This document shows, piece by piece, positions 37,701-47,378 of a stretch of DNA of 64,000 nt (its first letter is position 1; each line of letters opens with the position of its first letter). The position numbers and the translations under genes were made by a program. This DNA is from Zancudomyces culisetae HAW-14-8 (lineage: Eukaryota; Fungi; Kickxellomycota): contig JBNJNM010000010.1 in the NCBI GenBank assembly GCA_052426225.1, positions 1,116,001 through 1,180,000 on the forward strand, given 5' to 3'. The notes beneath the pieces are model-generated. The model was not told the origin of the DNA and did not search any database. It saw nothing but the letters and a program-made list of their open reading frames with translations.

Positions 37701-38400
37701 GGCATTTGATTTGGTTTGGTTGAGGATTGTTGATGTATTTGTGAAATACATGGCAACCAAAAACCCAGTTTCTCAATTTCACCAGCCTCGCACCTCTGCT
37801 ACTATGCCATTATCTTCCCCTGATCAATCTGTTCTTTCTGGAAAAGGACCCAATGTGTCTGAAAACAGTGCTGGCGGTACTACTGTCCCGACGACACCGC
37901 CAGCATCAGCAGCGAAAACAAAAACAAACGCAAACCAAATGTCGTTGGCAAATCCAGCTATGGGTTCAGTAACCAGTAAACAGAATCAAGGATTTAGATC
38001 CAACTTTGGATTGGCTGAAATAGCCCAGGAACAGTTGAAAAACCTGATTTTGGTAATTGATTCGTTTGGTGTGTTCAACAATACCACTACAACCGACAGC
38101 AATCCGTTAGAGAACGTAAAGGTACTGGCTCCACCTCCGCCTTCACCATCATCCCAAGCAGCCACAACAGCTGCAGCTGTTGACAATGTTGATGATGCTA
38201 CACATGTTGAGGGTAGTAGTAATGCTAGAGAGAATGATGCTGTGGGTGCAAATGTGACTGATGGAGAAGCTGTTTCTCCAAAGGAGCTATCTGATGCCAA
38301 TGTTGGTATTGATGCCAACAAAAACCATCTATGGGCCTCGACTTGGGCCTCAATTGACAACGTTAATGGTGATTTGAAGGCATTGTGGTTCAGCTATTAG
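31792..38400 (+). CDS. Sec7-domain Arf guanine-nucleotide exchange factor, GBF1/Gea1-2 type
   Basis: DCB (CRFEATD..DEVVLLQIL, LSEILRKSSE), HUS (LWANYDCD), Sec7 (FNEKPSKGI, LNKKLVGEYL, FRLPGESQQIEKI, IIMLNTDQHNP, EIVFPEEH). Confidence 0.95.
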   Translation: MTEKNKRWNDGIVNSLNIWKDTIDGEISRVVMEMRRNVKWREVAEQEGLGSLWVGGDSLPRATAGLSSKSDSTLETHNGLLSRGLAGIEKENQQAIFDLRTFGKAGVKLGLTAFTLGEEEFGEEESERLQGTDAGLLFGFLSLKKKVKAASRPNLLGTCEILRPFLAIVKSGNTTGLIIKIALESIEHLIKLEVIDFESAEGLKALHELSMTVTQCRFEATDLVADEVVLLQILEVLKLIVRSKNGEFLTDTAICGMIETVLGITCQMRLSEILRKSSEMTLLSLVEAIFKRFNELETEGKINAKPVELEPKEEGVLGWQPYGYGSAHELLKVLVTLTNIQNLQYTDTMRVLALKCLRTIVQVSGITISHHPELQSLVLHDLCYNLLVITAGSNLGLMFPAFRLLHEIILTQGERSKTQLELFVCQIVGRVMTPLADEREGEVGGDGSPKQQKQDGMDGDENKGMEKKAEGTDARNKNIDVNGGGKESGFSEHGESEGNFVSSIEVSRNSDAPKNAHEVELYNQMCMRPGVRGPMAIGEVRRVLLEELHRILTLTGTIMNCLWANYDCDMQRSNIYDFVISFVTLKAVPWPGTRHEIESPAYLDILLHYIHNMASRAGVEQPVGSWAKLLGKDEDVAVGTGGVGVGVGEGTEDEQEGGVSIKNLLQRRRRKVAMYRAALQFNEKPSKGIAYLQNAGYLPSDSNTEMIMKLARFLRTTPALNKKLVGEYLSKPSSSEVLHAYLGQFDFKHKRLDEAARMLLGTFRLPGESQQIEKIMGAFSTAYFASEPEEIASRDAAFVLSFAIIMLNTDQHNPRVKSRMKFEDFCKNLRGVNDGQDFSTKLLRDIYDEIRKKEIVFPEEHEGEAGFEHAWKEMVGKDEITDEGEGETNGMWLESKALDRCDRILFSAIWPRLLQVIVRVVVHCSNDYALRAALSGLYSVLGIAAKYNIVACVDEALIYLAQLSGTLNSQVLEDVESPQIVECRFTQITQYQFEEFEYDSDNSRMHVQLQTDSQPQAEPENKARVGVLAEINEGMLIKAQNVFAERMLEGLNSLLIENCVKLGDSSMEECTPQRLARFMESDNVMQWEFDGDRGLVLTNLALQLGRDYCGQIALFCLFQTVQQWPEVIGVNGWRVVLAVLQNLVNSDLVSQKSLRVRHLVHGVSTIPRVDTLKRYNMAKRKVYKEALGDSKNTETEKAQSGGKGLFSALTSFLGGVTMSPDSDGTGYRRDANNPELLSELGYLDWSTTIPGVRRSSKGMRLTRILGVDYISSLDGEKSEKSAKESSGSSVGDKPGDSGVAEGTRESVISTIKEVGDNPQLTGIVEEQGARKKPEEKYDGYKDISARFMELKPFRLRTVSKWREPLDLLVQLVLSSKDCVLSCELDQMFSGVSEIPDKSFQRFLTGLSTFFSAMESGRLGETRASKKIGEKLGGKGSKDLQGGNDSHSISSSSTHTATSGMAQGDQQVSGGQDGRVVGAVGSQGRVGVEGFGGDGRNKYRRSELFFVEVVGYLCESMPEKIPQIWNVFESQFRRAFENADRMDLLLVERMTNVLLRIAIVSLMAIAENNESCKDNARRIQKAIVTRHQDVVERIFRCVALLSDCKSDTLESAEEAVAAGLRVIAMLDYRILVAANNWPVVSLLLRSLSRPTESQPQYPSKAMQAGFEVVVYLSHKHRLDTAHPEDSLFKPPTSVFVTDILDLLLAFNPPDRMYSVVSGGGAHKAQQLKVSSAKQKGALALSQRILSELVSLQTFANQQLIRHAYNPASTQNQPNSYVFRLDNTASQLFNQWLKTLNSITALVSSKNRDLGSASCLNLQRSLMRTQWLAVSAPVSAQQKSDHSDKDTKSSAHKQGSQQVIPTPPSSWVYSILQRVLLPLMYTLLRPDTMADSKMEDIHIKALNLLSYFVLNHSNELINCDTTSSLINTPGSTSISSSSHTFGSNAPIYDFVLPSAAINVPESHHHQSSQSQSAFDLVWLRIVDVFVKYMATKNPVSQFHQPRTSATMPLSSPDQSVLSGKGPNVSENSAGGTTVPTTPPASAAKTKTNANQMSLANPAMGSVTSKQNQGFRSNFGLAEIAQEQLKNLILVIDSFGVFNNTTTTDSNPLENVKVLAPPPPSPSSQAATTAAAVDNVDDATHVEGSSNARENDAVGANVTDGEAVSPKELSDANVGIDANKNHLWASTWASIDNVNGDLKALWFSY

Positions 38401-39049
38401 CTACAACGCTCATATCTTTTATAAAATACTCAATATTCATCGTGTAAATCCATTAGTATATGATTTTTTCATTTTTATTATTATTTATTATTAATATTTT
38501 TCAGCATCTATCTACATTACATGCTAGCTGGCTAATATATCCAAAAAATATATATATAAAAAAACTGGCAAAAAAATTTTTTTATACTATACTTAACCAG
38601 CCAATAAACATACAGCATCAGCTCTAAAAAGTTGAAAAAAAAATGCAAGTGGAAATTTTGGATCCGAAAAGCTAAATAATGTAGACTTAGAATTAAACAG
38701 CATATTGAGATATTACAAAAGGCTAGAATAGTAAATGAAAAGCATACGGGACAATTAAAAAGATACTTTTTCCCCCCTTTAGTTTTAAATCAACAAGACA
38801 ACGACCGGTTTAACCTTCTAGTTTTATCTTTAGAAGTAGTGGATATCTACGGAGTTTTTTGGGCAATAAATAAGTTCACTGAATTTTGATTTACAATCAA
38901 CGGTTAAAATCATAAATACGTAAAAGTACATTGAGTAGAATACAGCACTAACAACAATAACAAGTAAAAAAAGAAAGAAAGAAACAAAGAAATTTAGAAT
39001 AAAGCAAGAGGATTAAAGGGATTAGCTGCAATCGAATATTATTTAAAGG

Positions 39050-42000
39050 ATGGCGCAATCAAAGAATATAAATCCAAAAACAGTATATATTACGGCTGAG
39101 CAACTCAACACAATAACAAATGTTGTCGATCTGACGCGGCTCGATCAGATACTCGCAGTATACAAACGCACAAGCTTGGATATACAGCACAAACTACTGT
39201 TGTCCTGGCTTTTATGGAGTGTAGACGCTTTTGGTAGTGGTAGTAGTAGTAGTAGTAGTGCTAAAGGATATAAGGGCATCACGGATTCAGGTAGTGGCGG
39301 AGGGATGAATGCAAAAAGTAGTGGAGATTCAGTGGCTGATCGATTGCAAAGGGTTATTTTGGCTACTAGTAGTGAGAATGGTATCGCTGATATGGACGTA
39401 TCCGATGATTCCTATACTTTGGAATCTAGAATGAAATGTAGTCTAGGAGAACCTACTGACGATCTGTTTAAATCATTCACTTTGCCCTGTAACATCAATG
39501 TTATTTTGCAAAATGTTGAGCTTGATGCGAAAAACGAGTTGGTTTCAGCTCTCAAGCATCCTAATTACAGCATGGCATCGTTTAACTTGGACGAGATCCT
39601 CTTGGATTGGATACTGTTTACATTAGGAAAAAACATGAATATAACCAGGGCAAAGAAAAATCCAGCTAAAAAAAACCAAGCTGCAGCTACAACTACAACT
39701 ACTGGTGCAACTGCATCAAGTACACCTGACAGTGCCAATATTCCACTCAAATACAGCATTTATGGGGACTATCGAGCTTTTTTGCTACTGAATGGGATCC
39801 TAAAAACTCAACTAAACCAACAAAGTAGTTATCAGCAGGTACAACAACTGAACAACACAATGACACTACTGTTTCCTATCTTATTGGAGGCATTCCACGT
39901 TATCTCATTTGCGATTGAAGGTGTAGATAGTCGACTGGTGGTAGAAATACTTGAACTCTTTGCAATTGTTTTGCATTTTTATAGCGATGCTAATGGTAGT
40001 AGTGGTAGTAATGGTAGTGGTGAAAAGACACGAGGGGTTAAAAAAATCCAACCTTGGAATATTTCACAATTTGAACTTGTGGCAGAAATGTTATCGAAAT
40101 GGATGGAAAAACTAACGAATGTTGCAAAATCTGTAGATTCAATCTCAGACACAAACCAAGGTACAAATATACTAATATATCAGGATATTGCTGGAAGGTG
40201 TATAGACATGATGATTATTCAGTTGCAAACACCCGTATATACGGATTCTTCTTTTATGAGCATCGGAAACTCTGCTGCAAATAAAGATGCTACCAAAGAT
40301 ACCAGCATGAGTGTTGCCGGTAGTGGGACGGGTTTAAACTCCAAAAAATTGTTTGGACTTGTTTGCGAAAAGTTGATACCAGTGTTTTCAGATTATTACA
40401 GCATCGTTAGCATCAATGGTAATAATAGTCAAGAAGTATCTAGCTATGGCTGTGAGTACAGTAATGGGCAATCTGGACTAAATACAAGTAAACTAATAGG
40501 CAAAATTGGTACCATTCTGCAACTCTCACTCTTTGGGATGGAGTTGTTGCCGTTATATTCCAGCATTCAAATTGCTGAAAAAATGGATGACACTTCACAA
40601 GATACTAGCAAACCACCAAAGAAAAGAAAGGCTTCAGGGAAGAATGAGAATGCCCAGGACGAACAACAAAAGCTGAAAAATCTAAATATTTATCAAAACC
40701 TACTTTTTGAAAAACTAGAATCAATCCACAACAACATGGCAAAATGGAAATTTATTCCCTTTGTATTTGAGCAATACACAACTTCAATGGTGAGATTTTT
40801 GCAAATAAACGAAAAGATCCGCAACAAAAGAAAAACTCAAATGAACTCGTTTGGATACCACCAATTTAATACCACCGGGAATCCCAATATTGATGGTGGT
40901 AGTAATAAAAAGCCAAGGTTGCTAAATGGCGATAATGGAACCAATCTTTACTCTGAGAATGGTCAATACACCAACACCAACACAAACACAAGCGCATTGG
41001 CTGATAAGGGAAATTATACACTAATGAATGTTGATTATACAAATGTTAGTACAGCTATGGGGTCTGATGCGGTAAGAGATTTGTACGTTGTGGTATTCAA
41101 CAAGATTTACAAAATGCTGGTATCTGATCTATTTTGCAACAATGGTGATGGTGATGACAAAAAAACAACGCAAAACATGGATGAAACCAAAACCAAAACC
41201 AAAACCAAAAGTAAAAGCAAAAGCAAAAGTAAAAGCGAAAGCGAAGCCAACTCTGAGAGCGAAAATGGAAACGTTTTTGACTTTAAACAGCACTTTTACA
41301 AATATAGTGGAATCAACAAATTTGTAGAGAATTACTTGATAAACCAACCATACTTTGGTTTTTGTGGTAAATTCACAGGGTCTATAAACGATAAGGCTTA
41401 CAAAGCACAAAATGAGATTATTGGACAATGGATAGAAATGTTTACCAAAATATTTTTGGAAAACAGCAATAAATCACAAAATGACAGCGACATCAATAAT
41501 CGCGGATTTAGGGTTTGTGAGGGTAATAGTGTTTGGTTGGAGGAATTTCTAACTGCCATCAGTGTTGCAGTAAAGGCAGACCAGTTAGCAAGTATCGAAA
41601 TACCTGTTGACTCTAATATTGATGATTGTGAGAATCTTGTAGAAAGTGAGGAAATGGATGAAAAGTCCGAATCAGAAACAAAGAAAAAATTGTTGATCAC
41701 CTTATTTTTGGAAAATTACAAAATACAATCAAAAAGAACACAAAGCGCAATGCTTGAGATAATAGAGCTTTACGGACAGAACCGCCACTTGGAATTATTG
41801 ATTGAACATATTATCAGCGCTTTGATGGTGTCAAACACGCATTTCAATCCCAATTCCACTACTTTCCAGAGCCATACTCAAAGTGATACGGCAGTAGTAG
41901 TGGGTAGTGGGTTGGTCGATACCCAAAATATTCAGAAACTTATTTCTGTGGTTAGCTCGTATAACATGCCAATATTTTTTGTCGTTGATATCATCAAGAA

Positions 42001-45000
42001 GTTTGATTCTGCGATCAGCAGCTGTTTTGAATCAAAAAACCCCAGCAATAATATCAACACTAATACCAATGCAGATGACTACGATAGTGATCAAAATAGG
42101 AATAGGTTATATGGCCTTATATTATATTTTGTGCACTTTTTAAAATCTTCATCAAGCATTCTACTCTTTACATTTGCAACATCAAACAGCAACAGCGAAC
42201 ATAGCATCAATGCTCAATATTTTGAAGCTATCAAAAGCAGTTATGTATCAGTTATCAATAGATTTATACAGCAGTACTACACCAATAGCAAAAAAGATGG
42301 ATTGATGAAATGGAAACTGCTGCCATCTCTACTACTGTTCCACTACACTGTCATCGATATCTGCTTGTCAATTGAATTCACTCAACAAAGTTTGTATGCA
42401 GAAACCAGAGAAATCTACCAATTCATTAATGATAATGGCAGTGCAATAGCTGCTTTTAACAAAAGGACGAATAATAACACCGAGAAATTTGATTACAAGG
42501 GTGAGGTACAATCATTAATTATGCTAGTCCTGGTATCTTTCCAAAACATGATGCTTTGTGAGAAAATGAACACTTCGTTGGTTACATCTAATGAAGATTA
42601 TGATGTAGAGCCGGAAAGTGGGTTGGTGATGTCTATAGAAGGATCCATTGTCACTAACCTAATCAATGCTCTGTTAATACATGTCGACTCTGTAAAAAGT
42701 TTTGGCCAGGACGATATGGTTTCTGATGCTTCAACTATCGGCAAAGTTAATGATAATCTAGAAATCACACCTTCCTGGGATGGGTTTTTGCATTCAATTT
42801 CGAGAAACTCAAAGAATCTGGATATTGTTGTTCTCAAAATCTTTTCGGACTGGATGGGAATCTTTTACGATCATTTGGATATGGTATCTTGGGTTGAAGT
42901 TATGTTTATAAACTACTCTTTATCTACTCTCGCCCCATCAGCAACGTCAGACACACCTCTTGCACGAGGAGCCAAACATTCTCAGAAAATAGACCATTCT
43001 GCTTTGCAGTCGCATGCTAGCTATCCCAAATCTTCACCGTTAATTAGCCACCACAGTATCTTTGAGGAGATATACAACAACCCCGAATTTTCCAATATTT
43101 TGTCTTTTAAATACCAACAACAAAGAAACACAACTAATGACAGTAAAAACAAAAACAAGAACAAGAACAAGAACCAGAACCAGGAAAAAACAGGTTATGG
43201 AAAAAACAGCGGGTTTGATACATTACTCTCTAGATCAATAACAACTATCCATTCCTTATACCCCAACCTATTTACTATTTCAGAGAATGGATGCGCTACT
43301 GTTTTATCAAACGATTCGGCGGACCTGTATATTCAGAATCTGCAATATAAAGCTAAAATGACACTGTTTGACAGGATCGGCAAAGCAATAAAACTGTGGA
43401 TCAATTGTAGGGATAGGAACTTGATCAATTTTAACGACAAGAATTCCATAAATACCTCGATCGACTTTGTGATAGGTGTACTAAATCTACTTTTATCAGC
43501 ACAACCATCAATGGCTGCTACTGAGAACATTGGTTCCGCTGAAGTATTCGATGTTGATGTTAATTTGGGAGCCTTACTTTTAAGTGTTGTAGATAACTGT
43601 TTGCAATGGTTGGTTTATACCAAAAACACCAAGTCACAAGGTCCAAAACGTCCTGAAATCCCACCTGTAATAATTGAGCGCCTGCTTACCAGCCCTGGTT
43701 ATATGCGATCGGTTTTCGAGCCTTTGTGCGACATGGTTAATGTCAAGCACACAACGTCGCTATCTGTTTTGATTGCCTTCATCCGACTCTACTATATTCC
43801 TGGGCATATTTTGAACTATGACGGCAAGGATAGTGACTCTGAGTTCTATAGCCGCACAGCAAGAATTCTAGATTTCTTGTTTGGCAATGGATATAACTCT
43901 ATTGTAATTGAACTTTTAGGCTTGCTATTGAGAACCTCTTCGTTTAGCACAGTTCAACAGAACTTATCTTCTCTTAAAGATGAAACCAAAAAAGACGATA
44001 TTCAGGTAATATCCTCATGGTTCCTCAAGATTTTCGATATAGTTAATTCTAAAATTGCTACGATCACAGCAGACTCACCACAAAACGCCGAAAAGACCAA
44101 ACAGATGACCGTTTCTAGCGACGACTTGGTGATCTATTACTTGCTATCAAGTCTACTCAACCGTTCTAGTGTCTCCGAGAGTATAGTTAGTGTTGAAAAG
44201 CTCTTTTCATATCTTCTACACACTTGTTTACCTGATACATCAGTTGTAGCTCCGGCTGTAATCACGAGCTTTGTGGTAAAAACTCTATTTCTGTTTAATT
44301 TGCAAAAAAAACATAGCTCTTTACTATTCCCACCCAATTGCGACAACGAACCAGGTAATAGCGGAAACGGGGTTATTTTCGATGAATGGGTAAACCAGCT
44401 CTTGATGCTTCTGCCTATGCTTGACAATTCGTACAATATCAATGAATTTAACTCGGTATTATTGCTGTTAAGCCAAGGGTGTTGTTCGTCTAATTCACCG
44501 TCGGGATCCTCGCCGCCACTCGTACCAACACAGTCTCTTCTAGGAAATTATGACGCCAACAACAAGCAATTTGCTGAAACTTTTTGCAAATCCTTTATTA
44601 GCTGCTTGAAAACCATACTAAACAAAGACGAGTACCAGAATATGAGTACTAGATTGCTTTTATCATTAATTGGTAGGTTGCCGCTGCTCTCTACCCACCA
44701 ATATCAACATCACTACGACCAACGTTCCATAAAAAGCATTAACGATCACCTCAGCTCTACTCACAACAACCGTGGCTTTTATGGATACTTGGTATTGATT
44801 AAAACTATTATTGAATCCAGAGATGACCACATATTCAACAAATATTTTACGCAGTTGTTGACTATACTACAGCATACAATAGCTATACTCGCTTCAACTG
44901 CACCACTCAGCTCCACAAAAAGCGATGCTATCGCCACCGAACCCACACGCCATTTAGAGAATCATGATGAGGTTTACCGCATTAAAGGGTTTAGCGAGTG

Positions 45001-45898
45001 TCTGGATATTATCACTTTGCTGATAAACAAGTCACCAAACCAATTCGTCACATATAGTAGAAACACATCTACCTCCTCATCCTCAAGTGGAGGCTTCAAC
45101 TTTAGCAAGCTTGCTATGGTTTATGACATTGTAAACTCCATAATATCATACCACAACCGAATCCCCACCAGTCAAATACCATCCCTTAACACCGGTTCTG
45201 TTCCCACCAACTCTGTCTTTTCCAAGTCTGTAAACATCTTGTCAATTACATACCAACTATTTCCAACCAACGTGGTCAGTTTGTTCCCCATCTTGCTTAA
45301 CATCTTGTATAATCTACTGGATCGCCTTTTAACCTTGTCCACAGCCAACGATAACGGTGGTAAGAGTTTTGATGCTGACATGACCAGGAACCGTACTATC
45401 CAAACTCATTTCTTGGACTATTCTATCTTGTTTACCAAGTTCATCCAACAACTGGCCTTCAAATCCCACCAAAAAACTGCCACTCGTGGCCAGCAAAAAT
45501 CACAGAAAGCAGACGAGGATCGTACTACTAACTTTAACAACCTCTCGTCCACCAGCGCCTCTGTAATTTCCAAATATCTTTCTCTCCTCATCCAGCATTT
45601 CTGCTTTGCCTTACCATCATTAAAGAACCCACCATCCACCACTGTTCTCAACAACTTGAAACCCTGTTGGTTTTCCATTCTTGATATTCTTTCAACCGAA
45701 GATCGCGACACCTTGGTTGCGAACTTTGCTACCATCATTAACTCTACCAGCAATACCATTAAGGGCAAGCCTAAAAACAGAAATCTATATCAATCTGGCA
45801 GATTTAATGCGCCTAACCTTTCCACTCCGATCGACATATTGAAAAATCTGAATTCTGATTATGTTGAGTTTTATAAGTTTAATCCTTCGTTCTATTAA
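39050..45898 (+). CDS. URB2: Nucleolar pre-ribosomal protein Urb2/Npa2-like (2282 aa, many low-complexity inserts)
   Basis: N-terminal DEILLDWIL and C-terminal LKPCWFSILDIL...LKNLNSDYVEFYKF match my recollection of the Urb2 C-terminal family pattern. Confidence 0.7.
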   Translation: MAQSKNINPKTVYITAEQLNTITNVVDLTRLDQILAVYKRTSLDIQHKLLLSWLLWSVDAFGSGSSSSSSAKGYKGITDSGSGGGMNAKSSGDSVADRLQRVILATSSENGIADMDVSDDSYTLESRMKCSLGEPTDDLFKSFTLPCNINVILQNVELDAKNELVSALKHPNYSMASFNLDEILLDWILFTLGKNMNITRAKKNPAKKNQAAATTTTTGATASSTPDSANIPLKYSIYGDYRAFLLLNGILKTQLNQQSSYQQVQQLNNTMTLLFPILLEAFHVISFAIEGVDSRLVVEILELFAIVLHFYSDANGSSGSNGSGEKTRGVKKIQPWNISQFELVAEMLSKWMEKLTNVAKSVDSISDTNQGTNILIYQDIAGRCIDMMIIQLQTPVYTDSSFMSIGNSAANKDATKDTSMSVAGSGTGLNSKKLFGLVCEKLIPVFSDYYSIVSINGNNSQEVSSYGCEYSNGQSGLNTSKLIGKIGTILQLSLFGMELLPLYSSIQIAEKMDDTSQDTSKPPKKRKASGKNENAQDEQQKLKNLNIYQNLLFEKLESIHNNMAKWKFIPFVFEQYTTSMVRFLQINEKIRNKRKTQMNSFGYHQFNTTGNPNIDGGSNKKPRLLNGDNGTNLYSENGQYTNTNTNTSALADKGNYTLMNVDYTNVSTAMGSDAVRDLYVVVFNKIYKMLVSDLFCNNGDGDDKKTTQNMDETKTKTKTKSKSKSKSKSESEANSESENGNVFDFKQHFYKYSGINKFVENYLINQPYFGFCGKFTGSINDKAYKAQNEIIGQWIEMFTKIFLENSNKSQNDSDINNRGFRVCEGNSVWLEEFLTAISVAVKADQLASIEIPVDSNIDDCENLVESEEMDEKSESETKKKLLITLFLENYKIQSKRTQSAMLEIIELYGQNRHLELLIEHIISALMVSNTHFNPNSTTFQSHTQSDTAVVVGSGLVDTQNIQKLISVVSSYNMPIFFVVDIIKKFDSAISSCFESKNPSNNINTNTNADDYDSDQNRNRLYGLILYFVHFLKSSSSILLFTFATSNSNSEHSINAQYFEAIKSSYVSVINRFIQQYYTNSKKDGLMKWKLLPSLLLFHYTVIDICLSIEFTQQSLYAETREIYQFINDNGSAIAAFNKRTNNNTEKFDYKGEVQSLIMLVLVSFQNMMLCEKMNTSLVTSNEDYDVEPESGLVMSIEGSIVTNLINALLIHVDSVKSFGQDDMVSDASTIGKVNDNLEITPSWDGFLHSISRNSKNLDIVVLKIFSDWMGIFYDHLDMVSWVEVMFINYSLSTLAPSATSDTPLARGAKHSQKIDHSALQSHASYPKSSPLISHHSIFEEIYNNPEFSNILSFKYQQQRNTTNDSKNKNKNKNKNQNQEKTGYGKNSGFDTLLSRSITTIHSLYPNLFTISENGCATVLSNDSADLYIQNLQYKAKMTLFDRIGKAIKLWINCRDRNLINFNDKNSINTSIDFVIGVLNLLLSAQPSMAATENIGSAEVFDVDVNLGALLLSVVDNCLQWLVYTKNTKSQGPKRPEIPPVIIERLLTSPGYMRSVFEPLCDMVNVKHTTSLSVLIAFIRLYYIPGHILNYDGKDSDSEFYSRTARILDFLFGNGYNSIVIELLGLLLRTSSFSTVQQNLSSLKDETKKDDIQVISSWFLKIFDIVNSKIATITADSPQNAEKTKQMTVSSDDLVIYYLLSSLLNRSSVSESIVSVEKLFSYLLHTCLPDTSVVAPAVITSFVVKTLFLFNLQKKHSSLLFPPNCDNEPGNSGNGVIFDEWVNQLLMLLPMLDNSYNINEFNSVLLLLSQGCCSSNSPSGSSPPLVPTQSLLGNYDANNKQFAETFCKSFISCLKTILNKDEYQNMSTRLLLSLIGRLPLLSTHQYQHHYDQRSIKSINDHLSSTHNNRGFYGYLVLIKTIIESRDDHIFNKYFTQLLTILQHTIAILASTAPLSSTKSDAIATEPTRHLENHDEVYRIKGFSECLDIITLLINKSPNQFVTYSRNTSTSSSSSGGFNFSKLAMVYDIVNSIISYHNRIPTSQIPSLNTGSVPTNSVFSKSVNILSITYQLFPTNVVSLFPILLNILYNLLDRLLTLSTANDNGGKSFDADMTRNRTIQTHFLDYSILFTKFIQQLAFKSHQKTATRGQQKSQKADEDRTTNFNNLSSTSASVISKYLSLLIQHFCFALPSLKNPPSTTVLNNLKPCWFSILDILSTEDRDTLVANFATIINSTSNTIKGKPKNRNLYQSGRFNAPNLSTPIDILKNLNSDYVEFYKFNPSFY

Positions 45899-46058
45899 AC
45901 ACATTTCCGTTTTGTGAACTATTATACCCTTTACTAGTTTTGCTTTGCCTAAAAGTTAGCTTTTCTTTATTATTATTATTCATAATGAAATCAATCACGA
46001 AATACCAAAATAACATTGATACTTGAAAACATAATAAGACGGGGGTAAAAAAAGTTGC

Positions 46059-47231
46059 TCATTCCACCTGCAATGGATCTTTATCAGTCTTGCTGACTAC
46101 TACATCTACATCTGTTAGCTCCTTTTGCATGTAGCCCTGCAAAACCTTCAAGTACCCTCTTTCGCTATTTGAGTGTTCAGTTAGTATGACACTAATGTTC
46201 TTGCTTTTAGCTAGTAGCACTTCGTGATGGCTCATCTCCCCAGTAAAATAACAGTCGACTGGCACTTCTTCCGCTCCTTCTTTCCCTGCATTACCAACTC
46301 CGGCATTTACAAGCACACTCGATCCGCTTCCTGCACATATTGCAATTTTTTGGATTTTCTTGGCACCACTTCCTAACTTGGAGTCGTGAATAGGAGCCCT
46401 ACACACTCTGAGATGTTTTAACTCAAAGTTCTTCTTCACACGCTGTATCAATTCATCTATTGCAATTGGAGTGGCTAGCGTCAAGATTCTTCCCATCCCC
46501 GCGCCCTCCTGGTTCTCTATTTAGATGGTATCATTGCTTTAATTAATATCAAAAGTGTTGAATTATCCTTATTTATTTTTTTACAATCATAATGAAAAGT
46601 GATACAATACAGTATAGTACAAAAGTAAACAGCAAGCTAATGTTTTCTTACCCAATCCCTGCAAGTCGGCTGGTTCAATCGGTTCCCGAACTCCGAATTT
46701 TCTATTACTATTGCTATTTCCATTATCAGTGCACTTGTCCTCCAACATATCACATATCCAGTCGTTGATCCCAAATCTACAGCTGTCAAGTGTTGTATGT
46801 GGTGAATATATACTGATTCCGTTTGCAATAGCTGTCAATACAAGACCCTGTTTGTGATTTCTAGTGGTTAATTGCCTATAGCCTTCAAAAATTGCCGGGT
46901 GGTATGCTACTATTACTCCCACATTCTCCTCCTTTATTGCTTCGTCCAATGTTTCCGTAGTAAGATCGATTGTCAAAAAAACCTTGTTTGCCGTTGGCTT
47001 AGTACATGGTGCCTCTATTTGGATTAGGGGGGGGGGGGGGGTTATGTATTGTTTGTTATCTCTTTTTTTAGTTGCACTTATTTTCTTGAGCCAACTGGTG
47101 CACACTGATAAATTTATATTGAAATACTTACCAACTAGGACGCCAACATTATCCCAACTCCCTGCAACGAGTTTTAGAGGTGCAAACTTCGTCATATAAC
47201 TCTCTACTCGGCTTAACAGTTGTTTGCTCAT
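46059..47231 (-). CDS. NIF3: NIF3/YbgI-family protein; exons 47231-47132, 47014-46652, 46516-46059 (306 aa)
   Basis: SWDNVGVLVE, LTIDLT, AYHPAIF, YSPHT.LD, GMGR, AICAGSG, TGEMSHH, EHSNSERGYL, DKDPL; GTAAGT..AG and GTAAGA..AG introns restore one frame (921 nt). Confidence 0.95.
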
Positions 47232-47359
47232 TTTTCCTTTAGTTCACTAATCTGAATTGGGTTGTTAGCTATATTTCCTTTTTAGTTAATCGCTAAGCTT
47301 CATATTTTTTTTTCATTCTGGTATTTAAGCTCGATTTTCAACAATTTTACTAGAAACAA

Positions 47360-47378
47360 CCACGCCCAGCCAATCAGC
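47360..47378. promoter_or_regulatory. GC-box (CCACGCCC) plus CCAAT box (AGCCAATCAG) upstream of NIF3
   Basis: Adjacent consensus-like motifs ~130-145 bp upstream of the NIF3 ATG; motif match only. Confidence 0.35.

Noticed and set aside
38570-38583. AAAAATTTT RRPE-like motif upstream of URB2
   Set aside because: Expected by chance in such AT-rich DNA
41184-41250. Hexamer repeats encoding TKTKTKSKSKSKSESE in URB2, plus poly-Glu in SPT8 and (GTGTTT)n near 56545
   Set aside because: Ordinary slippage microsatellites in low-complexity regions
31755-45768. Numerous 60-200 aa antisense ORFs within the large genes
   Set aside because: Shadow ORFs opposite well-supported conserved CDSs, with no independent motifs
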